Assembly: GCA_965219535.1 (NCBI GenBank)
Contig: CBDCNV010000002.1
Location: forward strand, 1,200,001 to 1,232,000
Origin: Opitutales bacterium
GTDB taxonomy: Bacteria; Verrucomicrobiota; Verrucomicrobiia; Opitutales; PNEW01
Direction of reading: 5' to 3'
Length of the DNA: 32,000 nucleotides
The notes below the pieces were generated by a model. It worked only from the letters and a program-made list of their open reading frames with translations. It did no database searches and was not told the DNA's origin. Made by a program: the position numbers and the translations under genes. Each line of letters starts with the position of its first letter. Positions within the stretch are counted from its first letter, which is position 1. Positions 8,823 through 17,064 of this stretch are shown here, in pieces.

Positions 8823-8859
8823 ATCGATTGTCGATTTTCGAATGTCGATTGTCGATTGG
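8823..8859 (-). promoter_or_regulatory. AATCGAC word array immediately upstream of the MlrC-like start codon
   Basis: The sense strand reads CCAATCGACAATCGACATTCGAAAATCGACAATCGAT and ends 2-3 nt before the ATG at 8820. Confidence 0.4.
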
Positions 8860-8871
8860 ATAATGTTAGAA

Positions 8872-8889
8872 GATCAAAAAGTTAAAAGA
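8872..8889 (-). promoter_or_regulatory. Degenerate TTTTRAC array upstream of the MlrC-like gene
   Basis: The sense strand reads TCTTTTAACTTTTTGATC, about 52 nt upstream of the ATG. Confidence 0.35.
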
Positions 8890-9005
8890 TTCAGAATGAA
8901 ATATTCACTGGCAATTTTCGTAATTCGTACTCTCATGAATCAGTCTCATTCGATCGCGCACCTGTCGTCCATAGTCCAACTGTCACAGTCAATGACTGCA
9001 CGCGT

Positions 9006-9458
9006 TTAATTCAAAAGATAAATACAATTACCTAATCCCAATTGGCCGATAAATATACCGCTGCTGAGATCTCCATCATCAATCTTCATGTCTATGGACA
9101 AAAGTTGAGCAGCTGATATAGAGTAGCCATTTACCGTAATACTGCCGCTTATACCATTAAAATTATCCCAGTCCCACATACCTCCAATGGTGGTCGATTC
9201 GGTCCATGGAAAATCTTTTAAGTAATAAGCCATACCATCCGGCACCACGGATACAACGGCATCAGGTGGATAGACTCCTTTATCAAAGCTGTAAAATTCA
9301 AATGCATTGCTAACCACTTTAATGTCATTTAAAAAGCGATTTACTTTCGTCGAATCGATTATCTTAAAGAACGCCGGTATCGCCGCGCTCATCAATAATC
9401 CGATCACGGTAATCGCGATCATGATTTCAACTAAAGTAAAACTCTTTTTACTTCTCAA
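9006..9458 (-). CDS. Prepilin-type N-terminal cleavage/methylation domain protein (pseudopilin-like)
   Basis: 150-aa ORF. The N-terminus MRSKKSFTLVEIMIAITVIGLL carries the canonical prepilin motif. Confidence 0.85.
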   Translation of the reverse strand: MRSKKSFTLVEIMIAITVIGLLMSAAIPAFFKIIDSTKVNRFLNDIKVVSNAFEFYSFDKGVYPPDAVVSVVPDGMAYYLKDFPWTESTTIGGMWDWDNFNGISGSITVNGYSISAAQLLSIDMKIDDGDLSSGIFIGQLGLGNCIYLLN

Positions 9459-9560
9459 AACGTAACTGATTTTAATTAGGGGATAGTGGGGTTTTAACTA
9501 CGTCGCAAAGATTATATGATATATTACTCTCAAAAGCAATATGAAAATCCTGACAAACAG

Positions 9561-9598
9561 TACCGAGTTCCGCAATCGCGGAACGACATCTTCCAAGC
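9561..9598 (-). repeat. REP-A hairpin repeat, copy 4 (inverted orientation)
   Basis: TACCGAGTTCCGCAATCGCGGAACGACATCTTCCAAGC is the reverse complement of the REP-A unit. Confidence 0.85.
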
Positions 9599-9784
9599 TG
9601 GAGAGCACTGATCAGTTATCAGTGAACAGTAATCAGTAGTAGAAAGGATGAATGGATGGATGGAAGGTTGTGTTTTAAAATATTATCATACATTCATCCA
9701 ACCATCCAGTAACCGTTGAACCGTGAACCCAGAACCCTCTTACCTAACACCTAACACACGCGTAGACGCTATCGCGCGTTACCG

Positions 9785-10864
9785 TTAATTCTCAATCAGC
9801 GGCGCTCCGTCGCTGCGACGCTGACGGGGATGATGATGGCGACCTGAGAGCAAGTCAGCAGCGGTCCACCCTAATTGACCGTGACGCACGACACCATAAC
9901 GGATGATGGACTCATCGGTGAAAGGGCGAACATTCGGTATATCAATCCAGATGCGCAGTAAGAGTCGTTTGAGTGATTCGTCGTCAACCGGTTCATGGGC
10001 GGCCCGACCATGCATCACAAGGTAGTTATTACAAAATTGAATATCACCTGATGGAAATTCAAATTCAAATCGGTTTTCAAATGTCATTTGATCGATGAAG
10101 TCCAGGACTTCAGTCTCCTCTGGTGTAAATTCCTGACCCCTTCGTTCGAATCCCTTTCGAATCCAAGCCCGATTGTAGCGACATGATAATATTCCTTCCT
10201 CCTCGCTAAAAAAAGGGACGGCATAGTTTGATGTAGGCGTTTCGCCATCTCCTTCTTCATCCTGACGATCCCAAATAAAACCATTAAACAATCGAGGAAG
10301 GTATTCCGGATGCTGTCGCAGTATTTCATTAAATAGAGATGTAGAACTGGCAGCGTAACTGAGTGGACTATCAGGGGGTTGACGGACAGAGAGCAGAGAA
10401 ACACAATCTGTCAGATCGTTGTGGAGCGAAGCCGCTCGAGGATTACCTACTCTACGCGCGCCTTGTTGTGGCTGCAGGCGTCCATCGGTGACGTATTGGA
10501 CAAGGTCTCTCTGGCTGTTCTGCGTGACACCGACACCGAGATGGGCGCAGAGTCCCCAATAGAGCATTACCAGATCTTCCAAATTATATTTGTCTACCGG
10601 GAACCCATGCATTAAAGCAAAGCCGCGTCCTGTTCTCAGTTCGTCTTGAATCTCTTTCAGCGTAGGTTCAAGAACAGGAAGAGGAAAATTATTAGGTGTG
10701 ATCTCAGCCAACTGCAATTCAAGTCTTTTTACGCTTTGCAGCGCGTTATCGAGATCAGCTAAATGATTATCAGACAAGGTATGTTCCCAGGATCTATCTT
10801 CCATGAGATCGTTTTTCCTCCACGCACTGGAATCCGTCACCGGTTCTGTCCTTACTACGGTCAT
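9785..10864 (-). CDS. TauD/TfdA-family Fe(II)/2-oxoglutarate dioxygenase
   Basis: 359-aa ORF with the HxD motif in SLHNDLTD and a distal His in NNYLVMHGRAAH. Size and layout fit the family. Confidence 0.75.
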   Translation of the reverse strand: MTVVRTEPVTDSSAWRKNDLMEDRSWEHTLSDNHLADLDNALQSVKRLELQLAEITPNNFPLPVLEPTLKEIQDELRTGRGFALMHGFPVDKYNLEDLVMLYWGLCAHLGVGVTQNSQRDLVQYVTDGRLQPQQGARRVGNPRAASLHNDLTDCVSLLSVRQPPDSPLSYAASSTSLFNEILRQHPEYLPRLFNGFIWDRQDEEGDGETPTSNYAVPFFSEEEGILSCRYNRAWIRKGFERRGQEFTPEETEVLDFIDQMTFENRFEFEFPSGDIQFCNNYLVMHGRAAHEPVDDESLKRLLLRIWIDIPNVRPFTDESIIRYGVVRHGQLGWTAADLLSGRHHHPRQRRSDGAPLIEN

Positions 10865-10963
10865 TATTTTTAATGAATATATATTAAAGATAAACGGTCA
10901 ATCACCTTCAATATTGCTATAAATCGTGGTTGGGATCAGTGAGAAAGTAAATGCGTGCATTGA

Positions 10964-10996
10964 GTCAAAATGTCAAAAAGTCAAAAGGTCAAAAGG
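10964..10996 (-). promoter_or_regulatory. TTTTGAC(C/T/A) octamer array (4 units) upstream of the TauD-like gene
   Basis: The sense strand reads CCTTTTGACCTTTTGACTTTTTGACATTTTGAC, about 100 nt upstream of the ATG at 10864. Confidence 0.5.
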
Positions 10997-11087
10997 TTGG
11001 TGCTCTAACACAAGTTAAATTACTAATCACTGCTTTCCGGCCTTCCGACACGCTGGCTATCCGGTCTTCAGGCTTTCCGGAACGCTG

Positions 11088-11129
11088 GCTTGGAAGATGT
11101 CGTTCCGCGACGGCGGAACTCGGTACCGG
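11088..11129 (+). repeat. REP-A hairpin repeat, copy 5
   Basis: GCTTGGAAGATGTCGTTCCGCGACGGCGGAACTCGGTACCGG, 12 nt from the stop of the enolase-superfamily gene. Confidence 0.85.
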
Positions 11130-11140
11130 TTTTCCGGTCC

Positions 11141-12229
11141 TCAGGTTTCCCGGTATGGCGCAAGCGACTCGTAGTTGGGGTCAATGCCAATTCCCGGTAC
11201 GTCAGGTGGGTTCACCGTTCCATCCGCATTAAGGTTTAGGGTATGGAGAAATATTTTACCCCACATGGGATCAACGGTATCACGGTAAAACTCCAGAATC
11301 AGACCGTTGGCAATTGCCGCAACGAGGTGGACATGGATCTCCTGCGGACCGTGTGGCGCGATGTCCAAATTATAAGCGGATGCCAGTGCCGCTACTTTCA
11401 TAAACTCAGTTACACCGCCAAGTATAATCGCATCGGGATTAAAAATCGCCACTGCCTGCTGGGCGATCAGGTCACGGAATCCGTACCGGGTATATTCGTT
11501 TTCACCGGTGGCGATAGGGATCGAAGTGGCCGCCGCCAGTTTGCGGTGGCCCTCATAGTCGTCTGCGGCTACGGGTTCCTCAAACCAAAAGACATCGTAC
11601 TCCTCAACCTGCTTTGCTAACTGGATGGCCTCGTAGTAACGGTAGGCACAGTTAGCATCGATCATCAGTTTAATCTCAGTTCCAACAGCATGGCGGACAG
11701 TTTTTACTCGCTCGACGTCTTCACGGATTGAGACTCCGCCAACTTTCATCTTAATCGCCTTTGCTCCCATCTCGAGGCTCGTTATCATTTCCTCAGCCAG
11801 CTCTTTAAGACCCTTGCCTTCTTCATAGTACCCACCGGCGATATAGGTTGGGACGCGATCGCGATAGCCGCCCAGTAATTTGTAAAGTGGCATGCCGGCA
11901 ACCTTTGCCTTCAGGTCCCATAAACCGATGTCAATAGCGCTGATCGCACGGGTAGTCATGCCCCGTCTACCAATCAGTTTTGGAACCCACATCTTTTCCC
12001 ACAGGCGTTCAGCATCCAGTGGGTCTTCACCAATCAGTTCCGGCTTGAGATACTCAACGGTGGCTTTAGTGATGGGGTTTATGTCACCCAATCCGATTCC
12101 TGTTTGTCCCGTATCAGTTTCGATTTTAACCAGCCCCAGGCTCGCGTGAGTGTAAGTATGCTTGCCATTGGTAATCGGTATAGTAAGCGGCCAGCGATAG
12201 CTCTCGGTGGTGATTTCTGTAATTTTCAT
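11141..12229 (-). CDS. Enolase-superfamily enzyme (mandelate racemase / muconate lactonizing family, acid-sugar dehydratase-like)
   Basis: 362-aa ORF with IKMKVGG (KxK), MIDANCAY, FEEP and ATGENEY metal-ligand motifs. Confidence 0.9.
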   Translation of the reverse strand: MKITEITTESYRWPLTIPITNGKHTYTHASLGLVKIETDTGQTGIGLGDINPITKATVEYLKPELIGEDPLDAERLWEKMWVPKLIGRRGMTTRAISAIDIGLWDLKAKVAGMPLYKLLGGYRDRVPTYIAGGYYEEGKGLKELAEEMITSLEMGAKAIKMKVGGVSIREDVERVKTVRHAVGTEIKLMIDANCAYRYYEAIQLAKQVEEYDVFWFEEPVAADDYEGHRKLAAATSIPIATGENEYTRYGFRDLIAQQAVAIFNPDAIILGGVTEFMKVAALASAYNLDIAPHGPQEIHVHLVAAIANGLILEFYRDTVDPMWGKIFLHTLNLNADGTVNPPDVPGIGIDPNYESLAPYRET

Positions 12230-12401
12230 AACTCAACCTCTATAATTGTTCCACTGTGATTGCGACCGCGTGTTGACAAACGCTGATCTATGAAGAGATA
12301 AATATTACATAAGATACAACCTGCAATCTTAATCCTTTCTTCCCTTTAAAACATAACACGTAAAACCTAAAACGCGCGCTAGCGCTCCTTCGACTTTCGA
12401 C

Positions 12402-13177
12402 ATGATTTCAAAACCTATGCTGGTTGACTTGAAAGGCAGACATGCACTGGTGACGGGTGGTGGGACGGGTATTGGTAGCGCGATTTCGATTGGTTTGGCA
12501 CGTTGTGGTGCAAGTGTCGTTGTAAATTATTCGCGCAGTGAAAAAGGCGCGGAGGAAACGGTTGAATCGATAAAAGCTGAGGGGGGTAGGGCGATAGCGG
12601 TAAAAGCGGATTTAACCGATGAAGATCAAGTCGAGCAACTGGTGGATTCTTCTCTCCATGAATTCGGCGGTTTACATATTCTCGTGGCGAATGCTGGAGG
12701 GCCTACCGAGCATAAACCCACCGTTGATTTAGAGGAAGAAGATTGGAATCGAGGAATGGGAATAAACTGCAAATCAGTTTTTTACTGCGTAAAACACACC
12801 GTTCCTCATTTGCCTGATACTACCGGTCGGATCATTGTTAATTCTTCCGGCAGCGCGCGATCGGGTGCGGGACCGGGAATGATTACCTATGCCGCATCCA
12901 AGGGCGCGGTTAACAATATGGTGCGCGGTTGGGCCAAGGAATACGGCGCGCGCGGTATTACGGTAAATGCGATTGCGCCCGGCCCCATCTGGACTCGAAT
13001 ATTTAAAGGTAACATCGATCAGAAAGCATACGATGAGATTATTGCCCGCAGCCCCCTGGGTCGCTTGGCGAACCCGAAGATTGCGTGGGCCCAGTGCTCT
13101 TGCTCGCCAGTGACGATGGCAGCTACATTAATGGCCAGGTCATCGAAGTCGGTGGAGGAATAATCATGCCGTCATAA
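12402..13177 (+). pseudogene. Classical SDR oxidoreductase with an apparent 1-nt deletion (frameshift) near 13060..13070
   Basis: Frame 0 gives TGGGTGIGSAIS, NAGG and YAASK, then a nonsense tail LANPKIAWAQCSCSPVT. The -1 frame from about 13066 reads LGEPEDCVGPVLLLASDDGSYINGQVIEVGGGIIMPS*, the canonical SDR C-terminus, ending at 13177. Confidence 0.75.
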
Positions 13178-13283
13178 GTGGATGTGTGTATGCGAGTATG
13201 CGTGAAAGCGAAAAAGTGTGAATGCGTGAATGCGCAAGATTCAGGATACAGAATAAAGTTAATCCTGGCAATTCCAGCATTTC

Positions 13284-13306
13284 TTTTGACCTTTTAACTT
13301 TTTGAC
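13284..13306 (+). promoter_or_regulatory. TTTTGAC/TTTTAAC array upstream of paralog 1
   Basis: TTTTGACCTTTTAACTTTTTGAC, about 100 nt upstream of the ATG at 13407. Confidence 0.45.
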
Positions 13307-13406
13307 TATTCTCTCCGCTTTATCGCTTATACGCATTCACGCATTGTCGCTCCTTACCTTTTGTGGCTATCTCCTTCTAATCTAATTAAATAGCAAGAAG
13401 GTTTGA

Positions 13407-15095
13407 ATGAAAGAATTGCCTGAGAAAAAAACCCCGACTGAATCGCTTGATGTACGGCGCCGGATTGAAGAGACGATTGCCGGTACGCGGCCTATCGATG
13501 ATAACTACCCATATTTCGCGCCCGACTACACGGTACACACTTTACACATCGGCACGGAGAAGCAGTTGTTCCTAGATAATTTTATTCTCGATCACTTGGA
13601 AGCAGTCGAGCGTATCATCACCAAACCGGAGCGCCCCGATGCGCCTATTCTCAATGCCAGGGATCATCCCTGGGAGGTGGACGATGAAACTTTTCCCGCC
13701 GCCGCCCTCCATGATCCGGATGATGGTAAGTTCAAAATTTGGTACGTCCAATCTTCAGTTGATGAAGAAGATGTCGATAGGGCGTTTGGCGATTCAGGCA
13801 TGATTCTCTGCTATGCTGAATCGACCGACTGTCAACACTGGGAGAAACCTCTCAGTGAAAAGTGTCTCCCTTATAAAGAGCACAAAGCTACGAATATTGT
13901 TCTCGAAGATTCGGGCCACCACATTGCACTCGTTTTGAATCCCGATCAAAGCGATCCCGAAAGAAAGTACTTGATGGTCTATAACCCCCATGACTTGGCC
14001 CAATCGCGAGACCTCAAGTTCATGTCAACGATGGCCGTGTCACCCGACGGTCTGCGTTGGACAACGGTCAGCGAGGATTCAACGCAGCGTCATCACCATT
14101 TTCAGCGCGCCATCTGGGATGATTCGATAAATAAATGGATAACATACAGCCAGTACTCTCCTCACTGGAACTTTCTCCACCGCAAGCGACAGGTTGGCCG
14201 GCAGGAGAGTGAAGACTTTATTCACTGGTCGCCTAAAGAGGTGGTGCTCTCTGTGGATTGGGATCCCCACCTGCCGCCCAATGTAGAATTTCATGAAATG
14301 TCGGTACGAAAAGTGGGCGGTCTCTACATCGGAATAGCGACAGAATTTAATTCTGAACCGATCTGGGGTGCTTTTCGAGATGAGAATTGGCGCGATCATG
14401 CCTATGGGACCTTGAGTCTATATTCCAGCCGCGACGGTATTCGCTGGCAGCGGGCGAGTGGAGCTGAGCCATGGGTGGATACGGGACGGCCGGGAACTTA
14501 TGATTATGGGTTTGTCTGTGACACGGTTGCCGGGCAGCTCGTTCATAATGGAAGAACCTACATTGTTTACAGTGCGCGCACCGAAAAACAGAATTGGCAC
14601 GACATCGAGAGACCGGATGACAGGGGAGGTGAAGCATCATTTAAACCCGTGCCTGAATCAGTTTTTGAAAAAAGTAAACAAGACCATGCAAATTTAGCTA
14701 AATATGTTGGGAAATATCAGAAGTGGGATTATATAACGATCAGCACCCTTATCCTGCGCGAAGATGGTTGGGCGGAGTTGAAACCGACCTATGAAAATGG
14801 CAAGGTGATTACCCGGCAATTCGTCTTCGAAGGCGATACCTTAAAAATAAATGCCGAGGCCTATGGCGGGTACATTGAAGTTGAGATCGTCGATCCGCAA
14901 TTTAAACCCTTTGAGGGTTATTCCACTGAGGAATGTGATCCTGTCACCAGCGACGATCCCAATCAAATCTGGTACACCGTTAGTTGGAGAGGCAAATCAG
15001 ATGTGTGTGCTTTATGGAACAAACCGGTTCGCCTCGTCTTTCATCTCCATCAAGCCAGCCTCTACGCCTTCCAGTTTGTGGATAATAGCGTGTAA
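13407..15095 (+). CDS. Cytoplasmic glycoside-hydrolase-like beta-propeller protein with C-terminal beta-sandwich (paralog 1)
   Basis: 562-aa ORF with no signal peptide. The C-terminal GGYIEVEIVD...STEECDPVTSDD...VSWRGKSDVCALWNKPVRLVFHL..ASLYAFQF resembles the C-terminal module of GH32/GH43-clan enzymes. The family assignment is tentative. Confidence 0.6.
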   Translation: MKELPEKKTPTESLDVRRRIEETIAGTRPIDDNYPYFAPDYTVHTLHIGTEKQLFLDNFILDHLEAVERIITKPERPDAPILNARDHPWEVDDETFPAAALHDPDDGKFKIWYVQSSVDEEDVDRAFGDSGMILCYAESTDCQHWEKPLSEKCLPYKEHKATNIVLEDSGHHIALVLNPDQSDPERKYLMVYNPHDLAQSRDLKFMSTMAVSPDGLRWTTVSEDSTQRHHHFQRAIWDDSINKWITYSQYSPHWNFLHRKRQVGRQESEDFIHWSPKEVVLSVDWDPHLPPNVEFHEMSVRKVGGLYIGIATEFNSEPIWGAFRDENWRDHAYGTLSLYSSRDGIRWQRASGAEPWVDTGRPGTYDYGFVCDTVAGQLVHNGRTYIVYSARTEKQNWHDIERPDDRGGEASFKPVPESVFEKSKQDHANLAKYVGKYQKWDYITISTLILREDGWAELKPTYENGKVITRQFVFEGDTLKINAEAYGGYIEVEIVDPQFKPFEGYSTEECDPVTSDDPNQIWYTVSWRGKSDVCALWNKPVRLVFHLHQASLYAFQFVDNSV

Positions 15096-15231
15096 GCGGT
15101 AATGTGTGAACGCGATAATGCGTGAATGTACAGGGTTCAGGATACAGGATTCAAGACGACATGTAATCTTAACAATTTTCGCATTCTCTCATTTTCGCGT
15201 ACACGCATTTACGTATTTAAAGGCATTTCCT

Positions 15232-15270
15232 TTTTGACCTTTTGACCTTTTGACCTTTTGACTTTTTGAC
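15232..15270 (+). promoter_or_regulatory. TTTTGAC(C/T) array (5 units) directly upstream of paralog 2
   Basis: TTTTTGACC TTTGACC TTTTGACC TTTTGAC TTTTTGAC, ending 7 nt before the ATG at 15278. Confidence 0.55.
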
Positions 15271-15277
15271 TTACGTA

Positions 15278-16954
15278 ATGACAGAAAAACCTGAGAAAAA
15301 AAACCCGACTGAATCGCTTGATGTGCAGCGCAGGATCGAAGAGACGATTGCCGGCACGCGGCCCATCGATGACAACTACCCTTATTTCACGCCCGATTAC
15401 GCCTTACACAGTTTACACATTGGCACGGAGAGGCAGTTATTTGTTGATAACTTCATTCTCGATCACCTCGAAGATGTAAAGCGTGTCATATGCAAGCCCC
15501 AACGACCGAAAAATCCAATCTTCAAGTCGAGGGAACTACCCTGGGAATTGAAACCGGGTATTTTTCCTGCCGCGGCTCTCCAGGATCCGGATGACGGCAA
15601 GTTCATGCTCTGGTACTGCCAATCTTATGTCGGTGGAGCCTGGGGTGATTCGGGTATGATCCTTTGTTATGCCGAGTCACAGGATTGTCGGCATTGGGAA
15701 AAACCACTCAGTGAAAAATGTTTCCCTTATAAAGAACACAAAGCAACCAATATCGTTCTTGAAGATTCCGGTCATCATATTGCCCTGGTGGTGAATCCCG
15801 ACCAAAGCGATCCCGCACGTAAATTCATGATACTTTACAATCCTAATGACAAAGCGCAGGAGAGAGGGCAAAAAACAATGTCGACAGTGGCCGTCTCGCC
15901 AGACGGCTTGCAATGGACCACCGTCAGTGAGGATACGCCGATGCGCCATCATCATTATCAACGCGCGATCTGGGATGATTCGATAAATAAATGGATTGCT
16001 TACAGCCAGTATTCCCATCACTGGAACTTTCTCCACCTAAAGCGGCAGGTTGGCCGGCAGGTGAGTGAGGACTTCATCAATTGGTCACCTAAAGAGGTGG
16101 TGCTGTCGGTTGATGGTGACCCCCATTTACCGCCCAATGTAGAATTTCATGAAATGTCGGTGCGCAAGGTGGGTGGTCTCTACATCGGCATCGCGACAGA
16201 ATTTCACTCCGAACCGATTTGGGTTGTCGGTAAGACACGGAATTGGCGCGACCAGGCTTATGCGAACTTAAGTCTCTACGTCAGTCGCGATGGAATACAC
16301 TGGCAGCGGGCAAGCGGCTCGGAGCCATGGGTAGATAATGGACGGCCCGGCAGTTATAATAGTGGATTCGTAGCTGCTTCGGTTGCCGGGCAACTTGTCC
16401 ATGACGGTAAAATCTACATCGTCCACTCTACAGGTCCTAAAAAACAAAGTTGGCACGGCCGACCACCGCAACCGAAATATAAAAACATTCGCCCACTGCC
16501 TACAACCTTTGTGCCCGAAGAAAATTTTGAAAAAGGGGATCGCGATTACGCGCGCCTGGTTGAGAATATGGGTAAATTTCCGAGGGAAGATGGAGGGATC
16601 AGCACCCTCATCCTGCGCGAAGATGGCTGGGCGGAGTTGAAACCAACCTATGAAAACGGCAATGTGATTACCCGGCAGTTTGTCTTCGAAGGCGATACCT
16701 TAAAAGTAAATGCGGATGCCTATGGCGGATACATTGAGGTGGAGATAGTTGATCCTCACTTTAAACCCTTTGCCGGTTTTTCCACTGAGGACTGCGATCC
16801 CGTGGTAAGTGACGATCCCAATCAAATCTGGCACACCGTCAGTTGGAAAGGGAAATCAGATCTCTCCGCACTGTGGAACAAGCCAGTTCGCCTTATCTTC
16901 CATCTCCATCAAGCCAGTATTTTTGCATTTCAGTTTGTGGATAAGCAGGGTTAA
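15278..16954 (+). CDS. Glycoside-hydrolase-like beta-propeller protein (paralog 2)
   Basis: The track ORF starts at a TTG (15266) inside the repeat array. The ATG at 15278 gives MTEKPEKKNPTESLDV, aligning with MKELPEKKTPTESLDV of paralog 1. The two are collinear and roughly three-quarters identical by eye. Confidence 0.6.
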   Translation: MTEKPEKKNPTESLDVQRRIEETIAGTRPIDDNYPYFTPDYALHSLHIGTERQLFVDNFILDHLEDVKRVICKPQRPKNPIFKSRELPWELKPGIFPAAALQDPDDGKFMLWYCQSYVGGAWGDSGMILCYAESQDCRHWEKPLSEKCFPYKEHKATNIVLEDSGHHIALVVNPDQSDPARKFMILYNPNDKAQERGQKTMSTVAVSPDGLQWTTVSEDTPMRHHHYQRAIWDDSINKWIAYSQYSHHWNFLHLKRQVGRQVSEDFINWSPKEVVLSVDGDPHLPPNVEFHEMSVRKVGGLYIGIATEFHSEPIWVVGKTRNWRDQAYANLSLYVSRDGIHWQRASGSEPWVDNGRPGSYNSGFVAASVAGQLVHDGKIYIVHSTGPKKQSWHGRPPQPKYKNIRPLPTTFVPEENFEKGDRDYARLVENMGKFPREDGGISTLILREDGWAELKPTYENGNVITRQFVFEGDTLKVNADAYGGYIEVEIVDPHFKPFAGFSTEDCDPVVSDDPNQIWHTVSWKGKSDLSALWNKPVRLIFHLHQASIFAFQFVDKQG

Positions 16955-17064
16955 GATGCGATAATGTGTTTAAGCGAAAAAGCGTAGAAGTGGAAATATG
17001 TACCGAGGATATTGCCTGACATCGCTCAAAACGTTAGTGTTAATGCTATTGTAGAATCTCCAAT

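Noticed and set aside
8791-9009. 72-aa plus-strand ORF between the MlrC-like and pseudopilin genes
   Set aside because: It is composed of the CGATTG and TTTTGAC word arrays read on the wrong strand, with no motifs. It is probably non-coding leader DNA.
11088-11129. REP-A hairpins acting as simple intrinsic terminators
   Set aside because: No U-tract follows the stem in either orientation. Copies also occur between divergent gene starts, so a pure terminator role does not fit.
10951-11232. 93-aa plus-strand ORF, and the similar 101-aa ORF at 26103..26408
   Set aside because: Their shared peptide LGRCRSATAELGTG is just the translation of the REP-A repeat. The ORFs overlap real gene ends and intergenic repeats.
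13059-13072. Programmed -1 ribosomal frameshift in the SDR gene
   Set aside because: There is no X-XXY-YYZ slippery heptamer or obvious downstream structure, and SDRs are not known to need recoding. A single-base deletion or a sequencing error is simpler.
15266-15277. TTG start codons proposed by the track at 15266, 24701 and 25262
   Set aside because: The 15266 TTG lies inside the TTTTGAC array, and an ATG 12 nt downstream aligns with the paralog. At 24701 an ATG lies 18 nt downstream. The 25262 TTG is an internal Leu codon of the interrupted pseudopilin gene.
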